Of a stretch of 64,000 nt of DNA, positions 9,510 through 17,403 are shown piece after piece. The position numbers were made by a program, and so were the translations under genes. Positions within the stretch are counted from its first letter, which is position 1. Each line of letters opens with the position of its first letter. This stretch comes from an uncultured Porphyromonadaceae bacterium. GTDB taxonomy: Bacteria > Bacteroidota > Bacteroidia > Bacteroidales > Barnesiellaceae_A. The notes below the pieces were generated by a model. It made no database searches and was not told the DNA's origin. It saw only the letters and a list, made by a program, of their open reading frames with translations. Where the stretch lies: contig UPZG01000003.1 in assembly GCA_900538705.1 (NCBI GenBank), positions 12,516 to 76,515 on the forward strand, in the 5' to 3' direction.

Positions 9510-9546
9510 CTTCGTTAACCTTAATTCTAATACCATGAAAAACACA
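9478..9546 (-). ncRNA. Candidate small RNA of about 65-70 nt (or the 3' end of a long folA 3' UTR)
   Basis: A minus-strand TAtaTTTG -7 box lies at 9550-9557, about 65 nt upstream of the terminator at 9478-9509. The interval has no credible ORF (25 codons at most). Confidence 0.3.
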
Positions 9547-9782
9547 GTGCAAATATACAACCGAATTTTTTATTTGCAATAGAAGTGGCTGTAAAAAACT
9601 GTTGTTTAACATTGTTTAATTATATCGATTTTTTATAGGGTAATTTTATTACGGTTTTTAATATAAATATTACAATCTTGTTACAATTTCATGTGACAAG
9701 TTGCGGTGCAGGACGCAACAATATCGTTGCTATTGCGTAATTTCATGAAAGTGTGTGGTTGTAATTGTATTTTGGGGGCGTA

Positions 9783-10277
9783 TTATTTTCGTTCGTAGGT
9801 GACGAAAGCATAGCCATAAGGGTGGCGTTCATCGGCATTCATCTCCTCGCGGGCTGTTTCTTTCCACATATTAGTATCGATGGCCGGAAAAAATCTGTCA
9901 GCATCGGGAAAGGTATGGTGTATGTGTGTAATGTATAGTTTGTTGGCCTGAGCGATAGTTTGTTCATAGAGAGAGGCTCCGCCTATAATGAAAATCTCTT
10001 CTTCCTCGTTATTTGAGGTGATAGCCGATTCGATATCGTTTTCTGTGCGTACGTTTTCCCAGTGAGCCATGCGATTATGTGTGACAACTACATTGGTACG
10101 TCCCGGTAACGCCCCATTGGGAAGCGATTCATAAGTATTGCGACCCATTACAATGGTATGTCCCATTGTGAGGGCTTTGAAATGCTTTAAGTCGTTGGGC
10201 AGGTGGCACAGAAGCTGCTGTCCTTTGCCTATCCCGCCATCGGCGGCTATGGCAGCTATCAGTGAAATGATGGGCAT
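9783..10277 (-). CDS. folA: Dihydrofolate reductase
   Basis: N-terminus ISLIAAIAADGGIGKGQQLLCHLPNDLKHFKALTMGHTIVMGRNTYESLP. Located downstream of thyA. Confidence 0.95.
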   Translation of the reverse strand: MPIISLIAAIAADGGIGKGQQLLCHLPNDLKHFKALTMGHTIVMGRNTYESLPNGALPGRTNVVVTHNRMAHWENVRTENDIESAITSNNEEEEIFIIGGASLYEQTIAQANKLYITHIHHTFPDADRFFPAIDTNMWKETAREEMNADERHPYGYAFVTYERK

Positions 10278-10289
10278 GGTGTAGCTGTT

Positions 10290-11084
10290 TTATACCGAAA
10301 CGACTCCTTTGATATGAGGATGAGGGTCGTAGCCGGTGAGTGTAAAATCTTCGTAATGAAAGTCGAAGATGGAGGTGACGGCCGGGTTTAGCTCCATACG
10401 GGGCAATGTCCGCGGTTCGCGTGTAAGTTGTAGTTTTACTTGCTCAATGTGGTTGGTATATATGTGCGCATCGCCTAAGGTGTGTACAAAATCGCCAGCT
10501 TTCAACCCTGTTACTTGTGCCATCATTTGTAGCAAGAGGGCATAGGACGCTATGTTGAAGGGTACACCCAGAAAAATATCGGCACTGCGCTGGTAAAGTT
10601 GCAGGCTCAACCGTCCGTCGGCAACGTAAAATTGGAATAATGTATGGCATGGGGGCAGATTCATGGCCGGTAAGTCGGCTACATTCCATGCACTTACGAT
10701 GATGCGGCGAGAGTCGGGATTATTTCGTAAGGTATCTACGACCTCTTGTATCTGGTCTATATGGCCACCATTATAGTCGGGCCACGAACGCCATTGGTAA
10801 CCATAGATGTGGCCGAGGTCTCCGTTGGCATCAGCCCATTCGTTCCAGATGCGTACACCGTTGTCTTGCAGGTATTTCACGTTGGTATCTCCGGCTAAGA
10901 ACCACAGAAGTTCATATATGATAGACTTGAGGTGCAGCTTTTTAGTGGTAAGTAACGGAAAGCCTTCTTCCAGGTTGAACCGCATTTGATAGCCGAAGGT
11001 GCTAATAGTCCCTGTTCCTGTCCTGTCGTTTTTGTAAGTGCCGTTATTGAGGACATGGCGTAAGAGGTCGAGGTATTGTTTCAT
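10290..11084 (-). CDS. thyA: Thymidylate synthase
   Basis: Full-length 264 aa with [23 protein letters not shown] and DAHIYTNH. Confidence 0.97.
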   Translation of the reverse strand: MKQYLDLLRHVLNNGTYKNDRTGTGTISTFGYQMRFNLEEGFPLLTTKKLHLKSIIYELLWFLAGDTNVKYLQDNGVRIWNEWADANGDLGHIYGYQWRSWPDYNGGHIDQIQEVVDTLRNNPDSRRIIVSAWNVADLPAMNLPPCHTLFQFYVADGRLSLQLYQRSADIFLGVPFNIASYALLLQMMAQVTGLKAGDFVHTLGDAHIYTNHIEQVKLQLTREPRTLPRMELNPAVTSIFDFHYEDFTLTGYDPHPHIKGVVSV

Positions 11085-11138
11085 CGTTTTTTTATGACGG
11101 TTTGTATTGAGGTGTTGGTGTTATGATGAGGCATGGTA

Positions 11139-11146
11139 CAAAGATA
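11139..11146 (-). promoter_or_regulatory. -7 box (TAtcTTTG) for thyA-folA
   Basis: CAAAGATA on the + strand, 55 nt upstream of the thyA ATG. Confidence 0.45.
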
Positions 11147-11198
11147 CAATTTTATTGTTTCGGTGTTCTTGGGGGAGTCGGAATCTGTGATATTTGTT

Positions 11199-11636
11199 TT
11201 ATTCTCCCGGGTTGAGGACGTGACGGGCAATTGTATCGACATACTCTTTCCATTCGGGGTCTTCTATAGCTCCTATACGTAGTGGCAGCGATTGCGACAG
11301 GTTTAGTAACGGTTGTAATCGGTTGGCAAGGTCTTGTGCCTTGGTGGCATAGAACAAGTATCTTACCTGTTTGGCGCCGGTATATATGACGGTCAGTACG
11401 GCAGTATCGCTCTTTTCAAGAGCGTCGCAGGCGATATTCATGAAGCGGTCTATTACGTCGGCTTCTGTGTCGGTAGGCATTCCTTCAGAGTCGCCACGTA
11501 AGAGCCATTGCATTTCTACCCGTTCGTTGAATATTCCCGACAATCGTACGTTGTCTAAGTAAAGGCGGCAGCGTTCTATCACGTTGCCGTTTTCGGTCTC
11601 TACGACGCTGGCAACCCATTCGTTTGATAATTGCAT
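11199..11636 (-). CDS. Hypothetical cytoplasmic protein (possibly DUF695-like)
   Basis: 145-aa ORF with coding-like composition, 6 nt downstream of the preceding gene. The family call is from memory only. Confidence 0.6.
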   Translation of the reverse strand: MQLSNEWVASVVETENGNVIERCRLYLDNVRLSGIFNERVEMQWLLRGDSEGMPTDTEADVIDRFMNIACDALEKSDTAVLTVIYTGAKQVRYLFYATKAQDLANRLQPLLNLSQSLPLRIGAIEDPEWKEYVDTIARHVLNPGE

Positions 11637-11642
11637 AACAAT

Positions 11643-13052
11643 TTATTCGTTTTCTTCTTTTGCTACATATTGGTATGCACCCACGTCGACATGTTCAGAG
11701 CGGCTTACACCGTACATGTCATTCTCCAATGGAGGAACAGCATAACGAGCATCGCCCCAACCTATGGCCGACGACTCGGCAGAGCCAATACGGTAGTCGT
11801 AGAGATAATTTTCTCGGTCGATTTGCATAAAATGTGGATTACCTTCCCAATAGGTCTTGATAAAATTATCGTCGTCAGAGCCGTTAACGGTGAGCATACA
11901 ACTATTGAAAATGATTTGTGTACCTGTGAGGTCTCCTTCCGACAAGAGAGATGCATTACCAGCTACCAGGCAGTTATTGAAAGAGGCCGATATACCTTTG
12001 GCTTTGGTGTCGTTGATGGGAGGTATCTGTATGATAGCACCTGTAATGACGTCGTAGAAATAGTAGTTGACAATGGTACAGTGTGTTAGATTAACTGTGC
12101 CACCGTTGATAACAACAACCGAGTGGCCGGCATCAGATAACTCGCTATTGGTTATTTGTATCTGGTTACACTGGGCTGTAATTAGGTCATGGGTAGCATT
12201 ATGAATAATGCTGTTATGTATCGAAAGGGTAGTACGGCTTGTGTCGGTAGAGTCGCATAAGATGCCCCATGTAGTCCCTCGTAGCATGACGTTTGTCAAA
12301 CGATTATCGAAGCTTCCGGTTGCAAAATGCACTCCGCCCCATTGCCCGGCCAGATTGTTGTAGGGGAGGTTGTCGAACATCTTGTCGAGTCGGTCACCTC
12401 GCAATGTAATGCGTCGGTCGCTTGTTCCCTCGGCTACTAACCGGCCGCGGACAGACAGGAAGGCATTGCTATTGAAATAGAGCGTAGCTCCGGGTTCTAT
12501 TGTAAGCGTGGCTCCGGTAGCTACTATCAACGAATCGTAAATGATAAAAGGTTTTTCGGCAGTAAGCAGCGAGTCGCTGTTGATGACTGTCCCGCGTAAC
12601 CGTTTGGCATCTTGGGTTTGTGCCAGTAGCTTTACTTCTTGCCGTACTCCATTGGTGATGAATATGATAGAATCGCGGCTTTCTACGGGTAGAGCGTTAC
12701 CTGTGGCAGTGGCGTTGGCAATAATGAAGATATAGAGGCTGTCTTGTCCTCTTATCTCGGTATTGTTGAAGGTTGTACCCGATAATCCGTCTACATTGAC
12801 GATAAAGTTCGAGTTATTTCCTTTAGCCAAGTTTATGGAGCTTATGCTTAGTGATTTATTGCTTTTATTATATACCTTCAGAGTGCGGGTAGCCGTACCT
12901 TGCTCAGTGAATATAGTGTCGAAGTTGACGGTATCGGTAGAGAAGGTAAGAATATCGCTTGGCGATGTCGTAAATTTGTCGTCAATACAGGCTGTAAAGC
13001 AACTTACGATGCCTAATACCAATATACATAATATGCTTGCGTGACCTTTCAT
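11643..13052 (-). CDS. Lipoprotein with Ig-like N-domain and right-handed beta-helix repeats
   Basis: Lipobox VSCFTAC. Beta-helix-like repeats (IVATGATLTIEPGATLYFNSNAFLSVRGRLVAEGT; TNSELSDAGHSVVVINGGTVNLTHCTIVN). Confidence 0.75.
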   Translation of the reverse strand: MKGHASILCILVLGIVSCFTACIDDKFTTSPSDILTFSTDTVNFDTIFTEQGTATRTLKVYNKSNKSLSISSINLAKGNNSNFIVNVDGLSGTTFNNTEIRGQDSLYIFIIANATATGNALPVESRDSIIFITNGVRQEVKLLAQTQDAKRLRGTVINSDSLLTAEKPFIIYDSLIVATGATLTIEPGATLYFNSNAFLSVRGRLVAEGTSDRRITLRGDRLDKMFDNLPYNNLAGQWGGVHFATGSFDNRLTNVMLRGTTWGILCDSTDTSRTTLSIHNSIIHNATHDLITAQCNQIQITNSELSDAGHSVVVINGGTVNLTHCTIVNYYFYDVITGAIIQIPPINDTKAKGISASFNNCLVAGNASLLSEGDLTGTQIIFNSCMLTVNGSDDDNFIKTYWEGNPHFMQIDRENYLYDYRIGSAESSAIGWGDARYAVPPLENDMYGVSRSEHVDVGAYQYVAKEENE

Positions 13053-13123
13053 TTGTAATATAACGCTTGGATTTCTTTTTTATTGCACCTTCTGCGGTTG
13101 CTTTCGAGGCATTGTTTTTCCGG

Positions 13124-13140
13124 CAAAGATAGTATCTTTG
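13124..13140. promoter_or_regulatory. Back-to-back divergent -7 boxes forming a perfect 17-bp palindrome
   Basis: CAAAGATA-G-TATCTTTG. The + box ends 23 nt before the lpxB ATG. The minus box lies 72 nt upstream of the 13052 start. Confidence 0.5.
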
Positions 13141-13162
13141 TTACGTCAAAGCGTATGAATGT

Positions 13163-14302
13163 ATGAAGTATTATTTAGTTGCCGGTGAGGCGTCGGGCGA
13201 TTTACATGCTTCGCGTCTGATGGCTGCCATAGCAAAGGAAGACAAGGCTGCCGAGTTCCGTTTTTATGGCGGCGACTTGATGGCATCGGTAGGAGGTGTG
13301 TGCGTGCGGCACTATCGAGAGATGGCATATATGGGTTTTACAGAGGTGATAACACATCTGCGTCCTATTTTGAATAATCTGAAAGAGTGTAAAGAAGATA
13401 TAGTTGCGTGGAACCCTCATGCCGTAATATTGGTAGACTATCCGAGCTTCAATCTTAAAGTGGCACGCTTTGTCAAAGAGCATTTGTCGATACCGGTTTA
13501 TTATTATATCTCTCCTAAATTGTGGGCTTGGAAAGAGTATCGTATCAAGGCCATACGACGCTATGTCGATACTGTTTATTCTATCTTGCCGTTTGAGGTA
13601 GAGTTTTATCGTCGGCATCGTTACGAAGTGCGATATGTGGGTAACCCCACTGTAGACGAGTTGGCCGAGCGCCCGTATGCCGATGAGACTTTTGACGATT
13701 TTGTGCATGCCTTCGACCTGCCTTCAAAACCTATTATTGCATTGTTGGCCGGTAGCCGCAAAGCTGAGATACGGCGCAACCTGCCTTTAATGTTGGAGGC
13801 TGCCGAACGTTTCAGCGATTATCAGTGCATTGTTGCCGGGGCTCCCGGTATCGTTCCTGAGGAGTATGCGGCCTATTTACAAGGAGGGCAGGCGAGGGTG
13901 ATTTACGATGCTACTTACCGATTGTTGGCGCAAAGTCGTGCAGCGCTGGTAACGTCGGGTACGGCAACTCTCGAAACGGCCTTGTTGCGGGTGCCGCAAG
14001 TGGTATGCTATGCTATGCCTGGCGGAAGTTTGGCATATACGCTTTTCAAACATTGGCTCAAGGTACGTTTCGTCTCGTTAGTCAACCTAATAGCCGATGC
14101 CGAGGTGGTAAAGGAGCTGTTGGTACACCATTGTACGGCACAAAATATAGGTCGAGAACTTGAAAAGTTATTGTATGATGAAGATGTGCGAGCGCGTATG
14201 GCAGCGGGGTATGCCGAAGTAGCCCGTCGGTTGGGTGCGCCCGGAGCTCCCGAACGTGCCGCTCGTGATATTGTGAATCGATTGCAAGGTGGCGACAGAT
14301 AA
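13163..14302 (+). CDS. lpxB: Lipid-A-disaccharide synthase
   Basis: N-terminus MKYYLVAGEASGDLHASRLM. Full-length GT19-type protein. Confidence 0.93.
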   Translation: MKYYLVAGEASGDLHASRLMAAIAKEDKAAEFRFYGGDLMASVGGVCVRHYREMAYMGFTEVITHLRPILNNLKECKEDIVAWNPHAVILVDYPSFNLKVARFVKEHLSIPVYYYISPKLWAWKEYRIKAIRRYVDTVYSILPFEVEFYRRHRYEVRYVGNPTVDELAERPYADETFDDFVHAFDLPSKPIIALLAGSRKAEIRRNLPLMLEAAERFSDYQCIVAGAPGIVPEEYAAYLQGGQARVIYDATYRLLAQSRAALVTSGTATLETALLRVPQVVCYAMPGGSLAYTLFKHWLKVRFVSLVNLIADAEVVKELLVHHCTAQNIGRELEKLLYDEDVRARMAAGYAEVARRLGAPGAPERAARDIVNRLQGGDR

Positions 14303-14334
14303 TGGGCAGGGTATAGTGCTTGCCGGTTAACCAG

Positions 14335-17196
14335 TTAAAAAACAACTGTCTTGAATGTGAAGGCATCGTCGACTTGTACGATGTAGATTCCTGTCGGCAT
14401 TTCCCACTCGTTGGTACCGGGTGAAAGCATCATCTCTTTTATACACATGCCGGTAAGGTCGTATATGTTGACGTGTACTGCGCGATTGGTGTAAGCTGTC
14501 ATACGGTCTTTACCTCCCCGTATTTTTGCCGGAGTCTCGGTGCGTGGAGCTGTTACAGCAGCCGGATCATATTCTTGTACGGCAATTCCGCGCAATAGTA
14601 TAGCATAGCTATCGGCTTTGCTGCGAGCCTGTATACCAATATAGTAATGGGCGGTGGTGGCAATATCGAAAGGAATAATGATGGTGGTGTCGTTTATAAA
14701 TGTGAACTGGTCTAATGCTTTAATCGTAAACGACATATCATTGGGTTGTGGAGTACGACCCAAAGCGATACGCAAAGACTCAGGGTATTGGCTCAGTCCG
14801 GCACAGCAACGGCAGTGTACTTCGTAGCGCATGGTATCGGTAAGTAGCAAGGGCGGAGTGACAATCCAGTCGTCGGCTGTTTCGGTCTCACTCGATAAGT
14901 AACGCATGCAACCCATGAAACGGTCGGCATAAAGATGCCATGTGTTGCCGTCGTGATTGTTGTCGACGACCGTACAGTAGCTGAGACCCTGTGCAAAATC
15001 GTGTCGGTACGGGATGTTGTACACCCCTAATACGATATTGCGATAGGCCGGTATGCCGCGCCCGGCTTCGTTCATGGCTATGGCAGTATATCGGTAGTTG
15101 TCGATGTGTGTAACAGAGTCGGTACACCAATAGGTTGTTCTTGGCTGAGGGTACTTGATAGTGTGTACAAGCGTGTCGTTGCGATATATTTCCAAGCCCG
15201 ATAGAGAGGTCAGTGTGTCGCCTCCAGCTGTGAGGACGGGCGCTTTGCAACAGATGGAAACGGTGTTGCGGTCGTAATATCCTTGTGATAAAGAGAATGT
15301 AGCGACGCTGTCGGGTACGGATGCAGTCCCTATAGAAGTAAGGGAGAGACTGTCTACATGCAACATGTATCGGTTCGGCTCGCTATTACAGTGTATGCAA
15401 AGATTATAGAGGCTGTCACAAGGTACGCTGAAAGAGAATTGATAGCATCGGCTTTCGGTCGATTGTACTGGTTGGTTGAATAAGCCCTGTTGTGTCGCTG
15501 TTTTACCGCAAGGTGCGTAAGTGACGGATGCTGAGAAATGCTCGACAAACTCTTCTGCCCCGGCATGCAGATAGAGCCGCGCCTGGTAGAGAGTATCTTG
15601 TTTGAGCAGGATGGCCGGTGTATAGAGCTTGTCATCGGCCTGGTTGGCCGTGTGGTAGTGGTAGCAAACGTTGGGATTATTGGACGAAGCGGTAAATAGA
15701 TACCAGGTAGAGCCGTCGTGATTGGCATCGTCGATAGTGTATGCACTGAGAACTTCGTTACTCCATTTTGTTACGTAATATGGCGGTTCTATGATGCAAT
15801 TGTAGTAGATAGGGGCTGAAAATGATTCTTCGGTTTCGTACGAGTGTATATATGCTGTTATACCGTAAAAGTATGAGCCCGGTATCTGAGGAAGCGTGTC
15901 GCTTGCCATGCATTCCGGTGTATCGGCAATGGTTATGCCCTCCGGGTAACGAATTACGCGGTATCGCAGTGCTTCTGGGTTTAATATACCATCGTGTACA
16001 CTACCTGGTTTATCCCAGCTGAGGTTGACGGTTGGCAATGCAGTCTCTACAGTTATCCCTTCTACAGGTAGGGGATAGTCGTACCCGGCAAAAATGCGGG
16101 TGTAGCTGAGTTCGCCCTTGCCATACTGGTTGTATGTTTGCAGCGATACGACATGAGAGCCGTCTGGAAAAATAAGAGAGATGTTATAGGGTTGTCCGGC
16201 TTGCAGGTCTATGGTGTCAACTTCTATTTGGTCTATGGCAATGATAGCTTGCAGACGAGAAGTCAAAGAGTGCGACTGTAGGTCGGTTGTTGGAGCCGTG
16301 AAGTGGATAGTGCCTTTGTTGACAAGGTTTTGGTCGGTGAATGTTATGTTTAGGTTGGTTACTGCTGCCGGAACCCTTAATTCATTGTGAAGGGAGTCTA
16401 AAGCAAGAGCCCGTATGGCGGTGACTGTCTGGTATGAGCGTATCGCACTCTCTTTTTCGGTGATGAGGTCGTATCGATAGATGGTACAGCCCGTGTTGGT
16501 AGGTATGCTGCGGTATATGGCGTGTCGTGTAGCATCGTAGTATGCGGCTTGGTCTTGGCTCCCTTTCTCTATTGTTTTGAAAAGTCGTTCTGTACTTCCA
16601 TCGTTGCGATTGATACGGCACAGATAGTTATCGCGAGAGAACCCATATATGGTACCGTCGGGTGCAAGAGATAGCGCAAAGCACTCTTCGCCTTCGGGAC
16701 ACTCCACCCGGCTGTTTATCAAGAAACCCTGAGTAGAGATTGTTACCCAGCTGTAATGTTCCAAATCATCGATATAGCATAACATAAAAAGGTTCTCTTC
16801 ATCAGGTATGTATACTGCTGCAGAGGGGAGAAAATAGTTTGAGTTTGCCAATTGTATAGTTCGGGTGATTTCTCCGCTTTGTGCATCGAAGAAGTCATAT
16901 TTTATATACCGTTGGTTATTTTCATCATATCGAATAAAGGGGCATACCAATTGGTCGGCGATAAAAAAAGAGCTGTTAGAGTATAGTGCGGCATCGGGTG
17001 GTGCTATGATGTTGAGACTATCATCGCTTTCGGGTGCGAGAGTTGCTATGCAGCCCTGGTCGTTACCTTCGATGTAGTCGGTATATAATAAATGTCCTGT
17101 AAGAACCGGAAATGATTCTTGCCCGGCATAGGCAAAAATGACTCCTGATAGAAGAGATAGAATAGAGAGAAATATGGTACGGAGAAAAAGGTGCAT
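14335..17196 (-). CDS. Large T9SS-sorted surface protein with two NHDGxTW (cleaved-adhesin / choice-of-anchor-J-like) modules and Ig/Fn3-like domains
   Basis: Signal peptide from MHLFLRTIFLSILSLLSGVIFAYA (start moved to 17196). Motifs DDANHDGSTWYL and VDNNHDGNTWHLY. C-terminal sorting domain ends in GIYIVQVDDAFTFKTVVF. Confidence 0.85.
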   Translation of the reverse strand: MHLFLRTIFLSILSLLSGVIFAYAGQESFPVLTGHLLYTDYIEGNDQGCIATLAPESDDSLNIIAPPDAALYSNSSFFIADQLVCPFIRYDENNQRYIKYDFFDAQSGEITRTIQLANSNYFLPSAAVYIPDEENLFMLCYIDDLEHYSWVTISTQGFLINSRVECPEGEECFALSLAPDGTIYGFSRDNYLCRINRNDGSTERLFKTIEKGSQDQAAYYDATRHAIYRSIPTNTGCTIYRYDLITEKESAIRSYQTVTAIRALALDSLHNELRVPAAVTNLNITFTDQNLVNKGTIHFTAPTTDLQSHSLTSRLQAIIAIDQIEVDTIDLQAGQPYNISLIFPDGSHVVSLQTYNQYGKGELSYTRIFAGYDYPLPVEGITVETALPTVNLSWDKPGSVHDGILNPEALRYRVIRYPEGITIADTPECMASDTLPQIPGSYFYGITAYIHSYETEESFSAPIYYNCIIEPPYYVTKWSNEVLSAYTIDDANHDGSTWYLFTASSNNPNVCYHYHTANQADDKLYTPAILLKQDTLYQARLYLHAGAEEFVEHFSASVTYAPCGKTATQQGLFNQPVQSTESRCYQFSFSVPCDSLYNLCIHCNSEPNRYMLHVDSLSLTSIGTASVPDSVATFSLSQGYYDRNTVSICCKAPVLTAGGDTLTSLSGLEIYRNDTLVHTIKYPQPRTTYWCTDSVTHIDNYRYTAIAMNEAGRGIPAYRNIVLGVYNIPYRHDFAQGLSYCTVVDNNHDGNTWHLYADRFMGCMRYLSSETETADDWIVTPPLLLTDTMRYEVHCRCCAGLSQYPESLRIALGRTPQPNDMSFTIKALDQFTFINDTTIIIPFDIATTAHYYIGIQARSKADSYAILLRGIAVQEYDPAAVTAPRTETPAKIRGGKDRMTAYTNRAVHVNIYDLTGMCIKEMMLSPGTNEWEMPTGIYIVQVDDAFTFKTVVF

Positions 17197-17403
17197 TATG
17201 AGGGTTTTATTTATAATCGTAATCGGCAATCTGTTTTATTTGCAAATGTAGCATAAGTTGTGAAAATAGAACTTGCGTATATGATACATTTGCGTATATG
17301 AGTGATAGAGGCATGTGATTTTGTCACCAGATATACCAAAAGAGGTTGCATCGAATTGTCTCGATGCAACCCCCTAACAGTGTTTATAGATAAAATGCAG
17401 TTT

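Noticed and set aside
9463-9537. 25-codon minus-strand ORF (MVLELRLTKIGCRDDNQFFLSLLRQ) inside the candidate small RNA.
   Set aside because: It is too short and unremarkable to support as coding. It runs through the terminator hairpin.
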